Position numbers and translations under genes: made by a program. This document shows, piece after piece, positions 11,675-22,631 of a stretch of DNA of 57,164 nt. Below the pieces are notes generated by a model. It was not told the DNA's origin, did no database searches, and was given only the letters and a program-made list of their open reading frames with translations. Location: positions 14,371,096 to 14,428,259 of the forward strand of contig NC_068999.1 of assembly GCF_001194135.2 (NCBI RefSeq), in the 5' to 3' direction. The stretch is from Octopus bimaculoides. Taxonomy: Eukaryota. Each line of letters begins with the position of its first letter. Within the stretch, counting starts at the first letter, position 1.

Positions 11675-12568
11675 CTGAAACTAGTGCCACTCTGAAACTA
11701 CTGCCACAACACAATCGAAACGGACCAAGCATATTGCAGAAAAGAAGAAGGAGCAGAAAAAAATTAAGGAGCGGTGGAGACAGAAGCTTCTACATGGGCA
11801 GTATATACTTCGAAGTCGAAATGTTTTTGTACACCACACAAAAACCCATTAGTGGTTGTGAGGTTCAGGACGGAAAACACAGACTGAAGTTTTAAAATTG
11901 GCGACACGGGATCAAAGCTTCCTTACCACAAACTACTAAGCTCACGTCCTTCAAAATAGTACTGATCCTAAATGCAGATTATGCGACATAGTTGACGAAA
12001 TAATAGACCATCTCGTCTAGGGATATCCTGTGTTGATACCAAATGAATACAATTATCGGCACGATCGGGTAGGACAGTTTCTATATTGGAAAATATGCAA
12101 ACAAAAAAAAACCTACAAAATCAGCGATCCTACTTAATGTTATGAACATCATCCTGAACCAGTCGTTGAAGGTACAATTGTCACTATCCTCTTGGATTTT
12201 CCAGTCAACATTGACAGAATGAGCCAGGTTAATTTACCATATATAACTATTAAAGTCGGGAAAGCAAATACTTGTAGACTAATAGATATAAGCGTCCCTC
12301 TGATAAAAAATATATCTGTAAAGGAGGTTCACAATTGAATATAAAGACCTGGAAATTGAAATACAAATTATGTTGTATGTTAAAGCGAGAATATTTTGCT
12401 ATTATTGCGGGCGCTTTAAGTATGATAAAAAAAGGGATGACAGAAACATCTCGATAATATCCTAGGAGAATCATATCTCAGAGAAATCCAAACGATTGTG
12501 CTGACAAATACTGCCCGCATCATTAAAAGAACCCTCTCCATTTAAATGTCCGCGGAAATTATAAGTAA
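11675..12568 (+). mobile_element. 5'-truncated R4/Dong-like non-LTR retrotransposon (CCHC + RLE endonuclease), decayed
   Basis: Translation with stops and frameshifts: RWRQKLLHGQY...TEVLKLATRDQSFLTTNY...DPKCRLCDIVDEIIDHLV*GYP...RHDRVGQFLYWKIC...YEHHPEPVVEG...TILLDFPV...TCRLIDISVPSD...YKDLEIEI...GALSMIKK...LREIQTIVLTNTARIIKRTLSI* (stop 12543-12545). Confidence 0.9.
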
Positions 12569-12759
<191 letters not shown>

Positions 12760-12885
12760 TTGTTAGCATGCGGGAGAAAATACTTAGCAGCTTCCGCCCG
12801 TCTATATACTGTGAACCCAAATTTCATCAAGGTAGAGTTTGCCTTGAGTGTATTTCGGAGTCTATAAAATAAACACTGGTCGGAC
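12760..12885 (+). mobile_element. SINE family A, degenerate
   Basis: TGTTAGCATGCGGGAGAAAATACTTAGC...CAAATTTCATCAAGGTAGAGTTTGCCTT...GGAGTCTATAAAATAA follows the family A layout. Confidence 0.6.
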
Positions 12886-13094
12886 ACCTGCGTTGATATA
12901 ATTGAAGAACACCAACACCATCACCAGATTTCAACAGAAATAATTCAAATTGTTGTTACTATCGATGCTGGTGTTGTTTTTGCTGTTTGCGTAGTCGTTC
13001 TAATTTAAAAAAAAAATGAGGGGAGAATGCAAACTTCTTAGCTCCCTAGAGAAAAAAAAGAAAAATTGCAGCATTTCGTTGTTCTCTCTGTTCC

Positions 13095-13220
13095 GAGTTC
13101 ACATGTCGCAAAGGATGGCTTTGCTTTTCATTTATTCGGGTTTGATATCAATAGTACCGGTCAAGCAGTGTTGTAGTTATCTCGGACCCAAATTTTAGGC
13201 CTTGTGCATATATTAGGAAG
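13095..13220 (+). mobile_element. SINE family A, 3' fragment
   Basis: GAGTTCACATG...CTTTGCTTTTCATTTATTCGGGTTTGAT...AGTACCGGT...GGCCTTGTGC. Confidence 0.55.
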
Positions 13221-15347
13221 TGGTAATCTTAAATAAGACGCTGTGATGGCACAACCCTAATTACATCGGATAAAAGAATTAACGGCATTTATCATCTTAT
13301 TTTAAATGCTGCTGATACCGATTTTGCTTATTATATTTACAGTTCGATATAAGATGTACCAGTTTAGCATTGATGTCACCAGCCATTCAATATGCTTGTC
13401 TTCTTCCAAAAATAAGTAACCAGCATTAAAACTATTAAATGATATCAGTTCATAGGATTGTACGTATTTCGAACAACATAACACATAATGATCTGCATAT
13501 GCCGAATTTTATTCGTCGAATAAACTGAGGGACTGCACTAAGAAGAAATCAAAATTATTGAGCGCTGTCTCTTGACTATGTATTCGCTTCATCCAGGTAC
13601 TATTTTCTTTCCAGCAAAAACGCTATTTTGCTTCCCTGTTTGATATTTACTTTACGTATACATTTACTGCATTCTCACATTACAGATATAGATTTGTATA
13701 CATATAACAAAAAGCTCCTTTTATATACTCATACGACGCACACATTTAAAGTGTATACTAGAAGGCAATATTCTTGTCGCGGATTCCATTGTCTCTAACA
13801 GAGATATAGTCTTCTAAAGTTCTTTATTTATTTCCCTTCACTGAGATTTACTTGTATATTCATGTGCCTATACTTTATGTATATCAAATAAAACTATTTA
13901 GCATTGCAAATAACAAACTTCAATTGGATATTAGTTCTTAGCGTAACTATTCTCAAAGGGATTCTACATATATATATANNNNNNNNNNNNNNNNNNNNNN
14001 NNNNNNNNNNNNNNNNNNNNNNNNNNNNNNNNNNNNNNNNNNNNNNNNNNNNNNNNNNNNNNNNNNNNNNNNNNNNNNNNNNNNNNNNNNNNNNNNNNNN
14101 NNNNNNNNNNNNNNNNNNNNNNNNNNNNNNNNNNNNNNNNNNNNNNNNNNNNNNNNNNNNNNNNNNNNNNNNNNNNNNNNNNNNNNNNNNNNNNNNNNNN
14201 NNNNNNNNNNNNNNNNNNNNNNNNNNNNNNNNNNNNNNNNNNNNNNNNNNNNNNNNNNNNNNNNNNNNNNNNNNNNNNNNNNNNNNNNNNNNNNNNNNNN
14301 NNNNNNNNNNNNNNNNNNNNNNNNNNNNNNNNNNNNNNNNNNNNNNNNNNNNNNNNNNNNNNNNNNNNNNNNNNNNNNNNNNNNNNNNNNNNNNNNNNNN
14401 NNNNNNNNNNNNNNNNNNNNNNNNNNNNNNNNNNNNNNNNNNNNNNNNNNNNNNNNNNNNNNNNNNNNNNNNNNNNNNNNNNNNNNNNNNNNNNNNNNNN
14501 NNNNNNNNNNNNNNNNNNNNNNNNNNNNNNNNNNNNNNNNNNNNNNNNNNNNNNNNNNNNNNNNNNNNNNNNNNNNNNNNNNNNNNNNNNNNNNNNNNNN
14601 NNNNNNNNNNNNNNNNNNNNNNNNNNNNNNNNNNNNNNNNNNNNNNNNNNNNNNNNNNNNNNNNNNNNNNNNNNNNNNNNNNNNNNNNNNNNNNNNNNNN
14701 NNNNNNNNNNNNNNNNNNNNNNNNNNNNNNNNNNNNNNNNNNNNNNNNNNNNNNNNNNNNNNNNNNNNNNNNNNNNNNNNNNNNNNNNNNNNNNNNNNNN
14801 NNNNNNNNNNNNNNNNNNNNNNNNNNNNNNNNNNNNNNNNNNNNNNNNNNNNNNNNNNNNNNNNNNNNNNNNNNNNNNNNNNNNNNNNNNNNNNNNNNNN
14901 NNNNNNNNNNNNNNNNNNNNNNATATATATATTTATATATATATATATATATAGGAAAAAAAAAAAATATATATATATATATATACACTTCTATTCCAAT
15001 CCTTTCTCCTTGCTTTCATCCACTTCCTCTTCTTCTCTCTGTTGCTCTTTTCCCTCTCCCTACTGCTATTACATGACCACCGGTCACTCTCTACTTTTCT
15101 TCCTTTCTTAGACAGGTCTCTTAGCTGATCAGTTGCAAATTCTATCTCTATGTTCTCCATCGTTCAAAACATTTTCCAAGCGTTACCCACTATTTTCGTC
15201 TTCTTGGCTCCGAGGTTGCAATTTGTTCGACTCTTTGTCGCCCTCCAACGTCCAAAATCATAGTCTGTGTCGTTTTGCTTGTTTTGTTGCCTTTTGTTTG
15301 CTCTTGTTCCAAATTCTACGCAAGATGACTTTCTTTTACGTGCACTT

Positions 15348-15406
15348 ACAACTGAGAAGCATTCGGTCTTATCGTGAAAGGCGCGAAAGTGAGGAACACT
15401 ATTAGT
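15348..15406 (+). ncRNA. Degenerate hammerhead-like motif
   Basis: ACAA-CUGAGAA(G)...GC-GAAA-GUG-AGGAA-CAC-UA-UUAGU. The core is one base off CUGANGA, stem III is perfect, and stems I and II are weak. Confidence 0.4.
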
Positions 15407-15423
15407 CGATAACTGATTGTGGA

Positions 15424-15455
<32 letters not shown>

Positions 15456-15729
15456 NNNNNNNNNNNNNNNNNNNNNNNNNNNNNNNNNNNNNNNNNNNNN
15501 NNNNNNNNNNNNNNNNNNNNNNNNNNNNNNNNNNNNNNNNNNNNNNNNNNNNNNNNNNNNNNNNNNNNNNNNNNNNNNNNNNNNNNNNNNNNNNNNNNNN
15601 NNNNNNNNNNNNNNNNNNNNNNNNNNNNNNNNNNNNNNNNNNNNNNNNNNNNNNNNNNNNNNNNNNNNNNNNNNNNNNNNNNNNNNNNNNNNNNNNNNNN
15701 NNNNNNNNNNNNNNNNNNNNNNNNNNNNN

Positions 15730-15761
<32 letters not shown>

Positions 15762-15869
15762 ATAGATAGATACATATATTTAATTGTGTACTGCGAGGGA
15801 GAGATAGATAGGGAGGGAAATACAGGGAGTGAGATATGTCAAATATGTATACATAGATAATGAAATAAG

Positions 15870-16046
15870 AAATAAGAATGAAGATGCTAGTAATGCTGTA
15901 GGAAGAGCAAATGTATATGCATCCTGATGAGGGAGGTAACCGCCCCATGACCGTTTCGAGGATCGATCAGACTCGATCTCACCTATCAAAATGTATATAC
16001 ATTTGCCCCTCTTCTTACAGTATTAAGAGTATTTTAACTCTTATTT
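15870..16046. mobile_element. Fold-back element (inverted, truncated pLTR-like duplication) with hammerhead remnants
   Basis: 15870-15935 is an inverted copy (about 75% by eye) of 15978-16046. The plus arm has a perfect CTGATGA (15924-15930). The minus strand has a GAGATCGA/TCGATCCTC hairpin followed by GAAACGGTC-ATG (15946-15993). Confidence 0.6.
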
Positions 16047-16150
16047 TTAACCATGTCGGTGCTTCGGCACATCTAGTCGCAGTTCGTTACGATTGTACGT
16101 TTCCATTCTTGTATTACATTGCGCGTGACTGTTTATATTAATTTTTAGTA

Positions 16151-16182
<32 letters not shown>

Positions 16183-16830
16183 ATTCTCTGTATATACGCA
16201 TATATACGTATAAATAACTCAATATATATGTGTGCCTATGTATGAATGTGTGTATATGTATGGATGTATGGATTATGTAGGTATGTATGTTTGAATGTAT
16301 GCATGCATGTGCGTATTCTTGGAGTGCACCTGTGTGTGTCCATCATATTCTGAGCTCTTTTAGGTACGTTATGAAATTTTGAATTTCATTAGTGGTTATT
16401 TTCAAATTTCATTCATCGTTGTTTGTAATTTTAATTCCCAATATTAGAATTTTCATTTCGAACTAGAAATCACTTAAATTATCTTCTTATGTGTTTTCAA
16501 ACAGAAACAAATCAATCCCGAGGTAATGATAGTGGCTAATTTAAAGACATGTAATTATTCAAGCTTTTCATTTATTTCATAATTGTACACGTCCATCAAT
16601 ACTGATTCCCCCAACTTTGAGGAGTATTAATTAGGAAACACCTTTGTTTCACATGGGTTGAAAATATTGATGGGCTGATTCTAGAGTAATTATTCTCTGC
16701 AGTCTATGGGTGGTTGTCCTATTTCTTTATTTTATGTACAATATTTCATTATTGGCGAATGTCATTATTGCTATAGTATGTATCAGATAATGAGAATGAT
16801 ACATGTTGTAAAAATATTATGCAGATTTTG

Positions 16831-17040
16831 AAGGCGGCGAGCTGGCGGAAACGTTAGTACGCCCGGCGAAATGCTTAGCGATCTTTACGTTCTGAGTTCA
16901 AAATCCGCCGAGGTCGACTTTTCCTTTCGGGGTCGATATATTAAGTACCAGTTGCATACAGGGGTCGATTTAATCGATTGCCATCCCACCACCACAAAAA
17001 AAAAAAAATTGAAGCCGTGTGCCTAGAGTAGAAGAAAAAT
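16831..17040 (+). mobile_element. SINE family A, best-preserved copy
   Basis: AAGGCGGCGAGCTGGCGGAAACGTTAG (A-box-like), GAGTTCAAAATCC (B-box-like), central CCTTTCGGGGTCGATATATTAAGTACCAG and an A-rich tail. At least five other copies occur in the window. Confidence 0.88.
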
Positions 17041-17472
17041 ATCACACAGGTTTTCTACGAAGTAGTGGATTTTTAACTTTAGACGCTCTCGTTTACTGTC
17101 AATAAAGATGCACATTGGTTGACTGCAAAGAAATAAACTTGCGTATAATTTTGTTTTACCATAGTGCATTCACTTAATGATTCTGAAATTTAGTTAAAGT
17201 AAATTACACAATCCAACTTCCCATTTTACACTCGAAAAAGACCTCAATTTGAAGAAATTGCTTCTACAATATAAGTATAGGAAGAAGTTCGAAAATATGT
17301 AAATCTACGTATGCCGAAAAGAAATTATGACTTATTGAGATATTGACAAACATAGTAAATTTGTCACACGTCCTTAAAATGGGCCTACTGTAATTACGTT
17401 ACACGCGTTATGATTTTGTTGCTTGACTTTAATTATTCGTTATAGAAAAGAAAGCAAAAATTGGATATTTGG

Positions 17473-17476
<4 letters not shown>

Positions 17477-17539
<63 letters not shown>

Positions 17540-17605
17540 CGGACAGACAGCCAAAAGAGACAGAGACAGACAGACACAGACGCACAGAGGGAGACTGACA
17601 GATAG
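17477..17605. repeat. (GA)n/(GACA)n microsatellite
   Basis: Read directly from the sequence. Confidence 0.95.
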
Positions 17606-18444
17606 ATGTTTTGGGTGGATTGAAACAATCTTTGTGTTGTTACCTTCAGTATTTTATGAGATAATGTTCTGCAATACAAGAACCAAAAACAAAATGAAAA
17701 GAAAGAAAGAGATAATCAATGCGTTAAAAGCTTATATACACATGTATATTGGATGGATACATTATAGACATACATTTGTTCATGAAGTCTATCAGTATTA
17801 TGAACTACACAAGTTTAGATGCAATTAAATGAAAAAAAATGTGAAATAATATCATTCATATTTACTCATCGATGATTTTATTTTTGATAGGTAGAATTTA
17901 GTCGATGCATCAATCAGAGTTTAATATAATATTTCAAGTGCTCTTTGATGTCTACGCTAATGTTATTTGTTTGACGTATTGATATAATGCTTCATTACAT
18001 AATCATGTACTCGTTGACAAAAACAGCGTCGATAGAGACATATATTGGTCTAATGTATTTACCATTTTCACTAGGCATTTGTATTGTCTGTTGTGATTGT
18101 TACACAATACTGTCAATTAATTCTCCATTTCTTTCATATATTACTGATTAAATCATCCCGTAATTACTAATCAACGATCACTTTCTCTTTGACGGCTTTA
18201 TACAGATCTCGACATTTGTGCTTGTTTGTAAACAAAGTTAAAAACGCAGATTTGTGTTGTGATGTTAGATGGATTTCAATCATTATGGAGAAAGACTTGT
18301 AACAATGTTCACTATGAAATATCACATTTTCTTTCCTTATGTGACTAAAATTGATTATATATCCGTGAGATTGTCTATGGTACTTCCGGGAGAGAAAATG
18401 AAAATTTAGGGAAAATGTATTACCATTTAGAATATTTCAGTAAC

Positions 18445-19101
18445 ATATATTCAATGTAAAGAATAAACATTTTTGAATGGTTCAACAATGCACTACAATA
18501 CAAAAGATGGACTATATACCTGTTGTAATTTAATTGTCTATTGTCCGATGATATTTCGGAATACAATTCCTTCTTCACATATTCTTACATGGAGTCGCTG
18601 CTATAATATGTTTTCCAACGTCTTTTCTTTATTTCGGAAGCGTCTCGGGAGTGGTCTCACAAAGCCCCTTCCGGAATTCTTCATGAGAAGTGCGTGAGGT
18701 CGGCTATGCCTCAATCTCGTTTGTGTTGGTACATCTGTAGCGCTGCTTCTAAGTTATATGTTATAAGTGCAGCTTTTCTTTTTTTCCTCTTTTTCATTTT
18801 GTTATAAACAATACATGAACATGTTGTTAAGAATAAACCTACACGCATCCATCCGTTGGAAAACAGATTATAGCAGCGACTCCATCTAAGAATATCTGAA
18901 GAAGGAATTCTATTCCGAAATATCATCGGACTATATATAACTAAATTACAACAGGTATATAATCCATTTTTTCTGTATTATAATGCGTTGTTGTACCATT
19001 CAAAATCTTTTTATTCTTTACAAACAATACACAATGATTTAAGCGAACTACAATACTCTCCTAAAATACTCTCCTACAATACTCTCCTATATATTCAATG
19101 T
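18445..19101. mobile_element. Fold-back element with ~167-bp inverted arms and 13-bp flanking direct repeats (Penelope pLTR-like or MULE-like)
   Basis: Arms at 18455-18620 and 18854-19022 are about 85-90% identical by eye. ATATATTCAATGT occurs at 18445-18457 and 19089-19101. (ATACTCTCCTA)x3 precedes the right direct repeat. Confidence 0.75.
18896..18924 (+). ncRNA. Minimal hammerhead motif of the Penelope type
   Basis: CUGAAGA-A-GGAAU-UCU-AUUCC-GAAA-UAU-C: perfect core, 5-bp stem II and palindromic AUAU. Stem I is only 2 bp before an internal loop. The inverted copy in the left arm has C3>G. Confidence 0.5.
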
Positions 19102-19859
19102 GTGTTATGCCTGGTGACTTTGTTTAATTTATTTTACTGAATTATGTTTTTTAATATCTTAATTTATATTATACGTTGTTACACATGAGTAAATAAAATG
19201 GTGGCTGTCGCATCAATACTTCGTCAAGTAGAGTAAAGTGAATGTCCATTGAGAGAGGAATATGTACATGGTAGTCCCTTCTACTCTCTGCAATTAGAAA
19301 TGTAATATTAGATATTTGTCTAATGTTGCTATTAACTCACATCATAACGTATAATTACTATCTTCGTTATACTCACTACATTGCTCATGCTGATAATACT
19401 TATGGATTTCCTTGCACATCTTTGGCTATATAATTCTTTCTAAAATCTGTTTCGTAGCTGCCCATATTATGCTCAATGAGAAGATGATGTAAATAGCTAC
19501 TCGCTAAGCAATATTTATTGTGAACTATAAAGGAAAATTATAGTTTAATTTATCTAGACACTGGAAGATTTCTTGAATATTTCAAAAATCGCTTTAAATT
19601 TAAGAGCAAACTTAAAGATTGCTGCATACCACGAATGAGTATGTCGAAAATTGTCTTTAATTTTGATTATCCTTCCGACGGATCTCATTAGCTACAAAAT
19701 CATATCTCATCGTTAGACAATACTGTGATGACATTTTCGGACAATTTCATATGATGCTGGTGATATCTTCGGTTTTAACTACCCAAACTGTGCATCGGTT
19801 ATCACATTTTGTTGCATTTTTTGCGTCTCTGTCTCATCTGTGCATCAGGTATTTATGTA

Positions 19860-19923
19860 GGTATGTATCTGTCTATCTATCCGTTTATCTATTTAGCTAT
19901 CTATATGTGTATCTATCTACCTC

Positions 19924-19956
<33 letters not shown>

Positions 19957-19989
19957 ATGTCTATCTCTCTTTCTATGTATGTATGTCTG

Positions 19990-20030
<41 letters not shown>
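19860..20030. repeat. (TCTA)n and (TC)n microsatellite running into a gap
   Basis: Read directly from the sequence. Confidence 0.95.
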
Positions 20031-20293
20031 NNNNNNNNNNNNNNNNNNNNNNNNNNNNNNNNNNNNNNNNNNNNNNNNNNNNNNNNNNNNNNNNNNNNNN
20101 NNNNNNNNNNNNNNNNNNNNNNNNNNNNNNNNNNNNNNNNNNNNNNNNNNNNNNNNNNNNNNNNNNNNNNNNNNNNNNNNNNNNNNNNNNNNNNNNNNNN
20201 NNNNNNNNNNNNNNNNNNNNNNNNNNNNNNNNNNNNNNNNNNNNNNNNNNNNNNNNNNNNNNNNNNNNNNNNNNTCACACATTTTACATGTAT

Positions 20294-20343
<50 letters not shown>

Positions 20344-21153
20344 ATATATTGTTTCAAATATATTCAGATTTTATATTTTACAATAGACAGAAATGGAGGG
20401 ACAGATGATGGTATAAAAAAAGGAGAGAGAGAAAGAAAAGCGGAAGGATGCTTTAAAATACAATGAATAATCAAAATTATCCATTGAATTGTAATTAAAA
20501 TTCATCAAGCTGACCACATCGATATGCTACAATTGAAAAGAATTCTCGTTTTTATTTCTCTTTCTGTCCTCTTTTATTTTTGTCTTTTCTTTTCTCTTTC
20601 TTTCTTGCCCTTCTGCCATCTTTCTTTTTCCCTTTCTTTAAGATGCAAAACTGACATCATGAATTGTCATTACGGTCAACCTGTTGTGAAAAAACTACTG
20701 ACGGTAGATCATCCCCAAATGCAAAAGCCAACTCGCAGAAGAATGAAATAAAATAAGACCCACTTTCTCTCTTTTCATCTTCCTCTTTCCATTCATTCTT
20801 TCTTTCTTTCTTCTTTCTTTTTTATTTCTCTATTTTCTTATTTATCTTTTTCTTTCTAGGCTCTTTTCTTTTTCTCTTTTCCGACAGACACACATATATG
20901 GGCAAAAAACTCCCCTTCCAGATCTCTGTAAAATACAAAGAAATTTTATGTAAAACTTATACAAGGTAATATAAAAAAAAAATACCGTACTACTTCTGTA
21001 GCGCACCAATAGATGGCAACACATGGATGTGTGCAAGTTGAGAGCTAGCAGAGACCTTTACAGGTAATATGCTGAGTGACATCGCTTTTACATAGGAGGT
21101 TGTAAAACATGTGATTTAGTGATCACATATATGCAATTTTGTCCGATTTCATC

Positions 21154-21420
21154 ATGGACAAGAACAAAGAGCCACCGTGAAATTATGAGTTTAACTTGAG
21201 ACGTCTGTTGGAGGGACATTGAACTTGCTTAGGCGAGCTTACGAGGAAGGAACAATTGGGCATACGCAATGTTTCGAGTAGCATGGGCACTTCAAATGCG
21301 AAAGAACGCTCCTGGAAGACGAACGATCTGGAAAATCTGCCATGAGCATCACTCTCGAAAATGTGGTATTTTGCATCGAGAATTCGTCCCACAAGGCTAG
21401 CGACGTTTAGAAGTGTTTGT
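21154..21420 (+). pseudogene. Mariner transposase fragment (HTH region fused by deletion to part of the catalytic domain)
   Basis: RRAYEEGTIGHTQCFE*HGHFKCERTLLEDERSGKSAMSITLENV followed directly by LHREFVPQG. No TIRs identified. Confidence 0.7.
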
Positions 21421-22466
21421 GAAAGGACATCGACAGCAATAAAAATGAGCCCAAGGGTTTACATTTATAAATAAATGTATTATTTGCATGAGCGTAGATC
21501 TGCTATTCGAAAGTTCCAGAGAAAATAAAGGGAAGCCGTGAGGTGCAACATCAACTGCCCAATAATTTTCTCAAGAGACTGCACAAGAAGTTGCAAAAGA
21601 AAAAGAAATCATAAAACGGAAGAATAATGAAGAATAAGATGGACTGGCATACAACATTAGATGTGATACTGAAAAGGCAGATAGTGAAACTCAAATATGA
21701 AATTTTATGTAATTATGATAAATAATATTATCAGTTTAACAAACGAATATCCGAGCATTTATATTAAAGTAACACGTATAACCTTGCTCGGAAAACCGTA
21801 GGTCTTGAATTATATCGAAGAAAATATAATAGATGAAATGAGGAAATGTCAGTTTAGCTTATCTATTGACTAAATATATTAAGAACAGGGACAAAATAAG
21901 CAAGAGCCACCCAAATAAACTTACACAAGGAACCTACTGGCAAAAAGAAATCAAAGAATGTTCAAGGAATATTTAAGAGAATAATTCAACTAACATTTCT
22001 ACAAATTCTTCAGCTGAATCTGAGTAAGGCCTTGAAATATGGGAAATCTCATCAAAACGGCTATAAAGCAATTAAAGAATTATAAATCATAGGAAGAGAA
22101 CGATTGGAAGCCACAATATTATTTGGTGTTGGAATCATAACGTTAATTATTCACTAAATTTTTTTCTATTAATTGCATCAGAGGTTTAGTAGATATTTGC
22201 CGTATTTCAGAAGTTAGTTATCATAATTAAACTGATTTCAAGCAAGATTTAACCCAATGTTGACAAGTTTATGTGGGATGAGCAAATAATGTTTAATGGG
22301 TATATGATAGTCAATTTTTTTAAAATAAAGCATATTAAACAACGGGGAAAGGAAATGTGACTGGCATTAAATCAATATTTATTTTGTTCACAGAAGGCTT
22401 TCAGTAACTATCATAGCAAGCGTTGTCAAACTAATGAGACACTATAGCACACCTGATATGTATATA

Positions 22467-22631
22467 TGTTGTGTCGACGCACACAGGTGAAGAAGTAGGA
22501 TATCCCAAGACATATAAATAGAGGTAGTCTGGCCGTGGTAGGTGTTTTGAGTAGCAGTCGAGTAGTAGTTGTGTAGCGGTTGAGTAGAGATTATCCGATT
22601 GTGCTTGATAGCAGTAGCTTGAGACATAACA
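22467..22631 (+). mobile_element. Solo LTR (165 bp)
   Basis: TGT...ACA ends with a 9-bp terminal inverted repeat TGTTGTGTC/GACATAACA (8/9), a 5-bp TSD ATATA (22462-22466 and 22632-22636) and an internal TATAAATAGAGG (22513). Confidence 0.7.

Noticed and set aside
21540-22140. A-rich tract possibly from a LINE ORF2 linker
   Set aside because: No diagnostic motif is recoverable.
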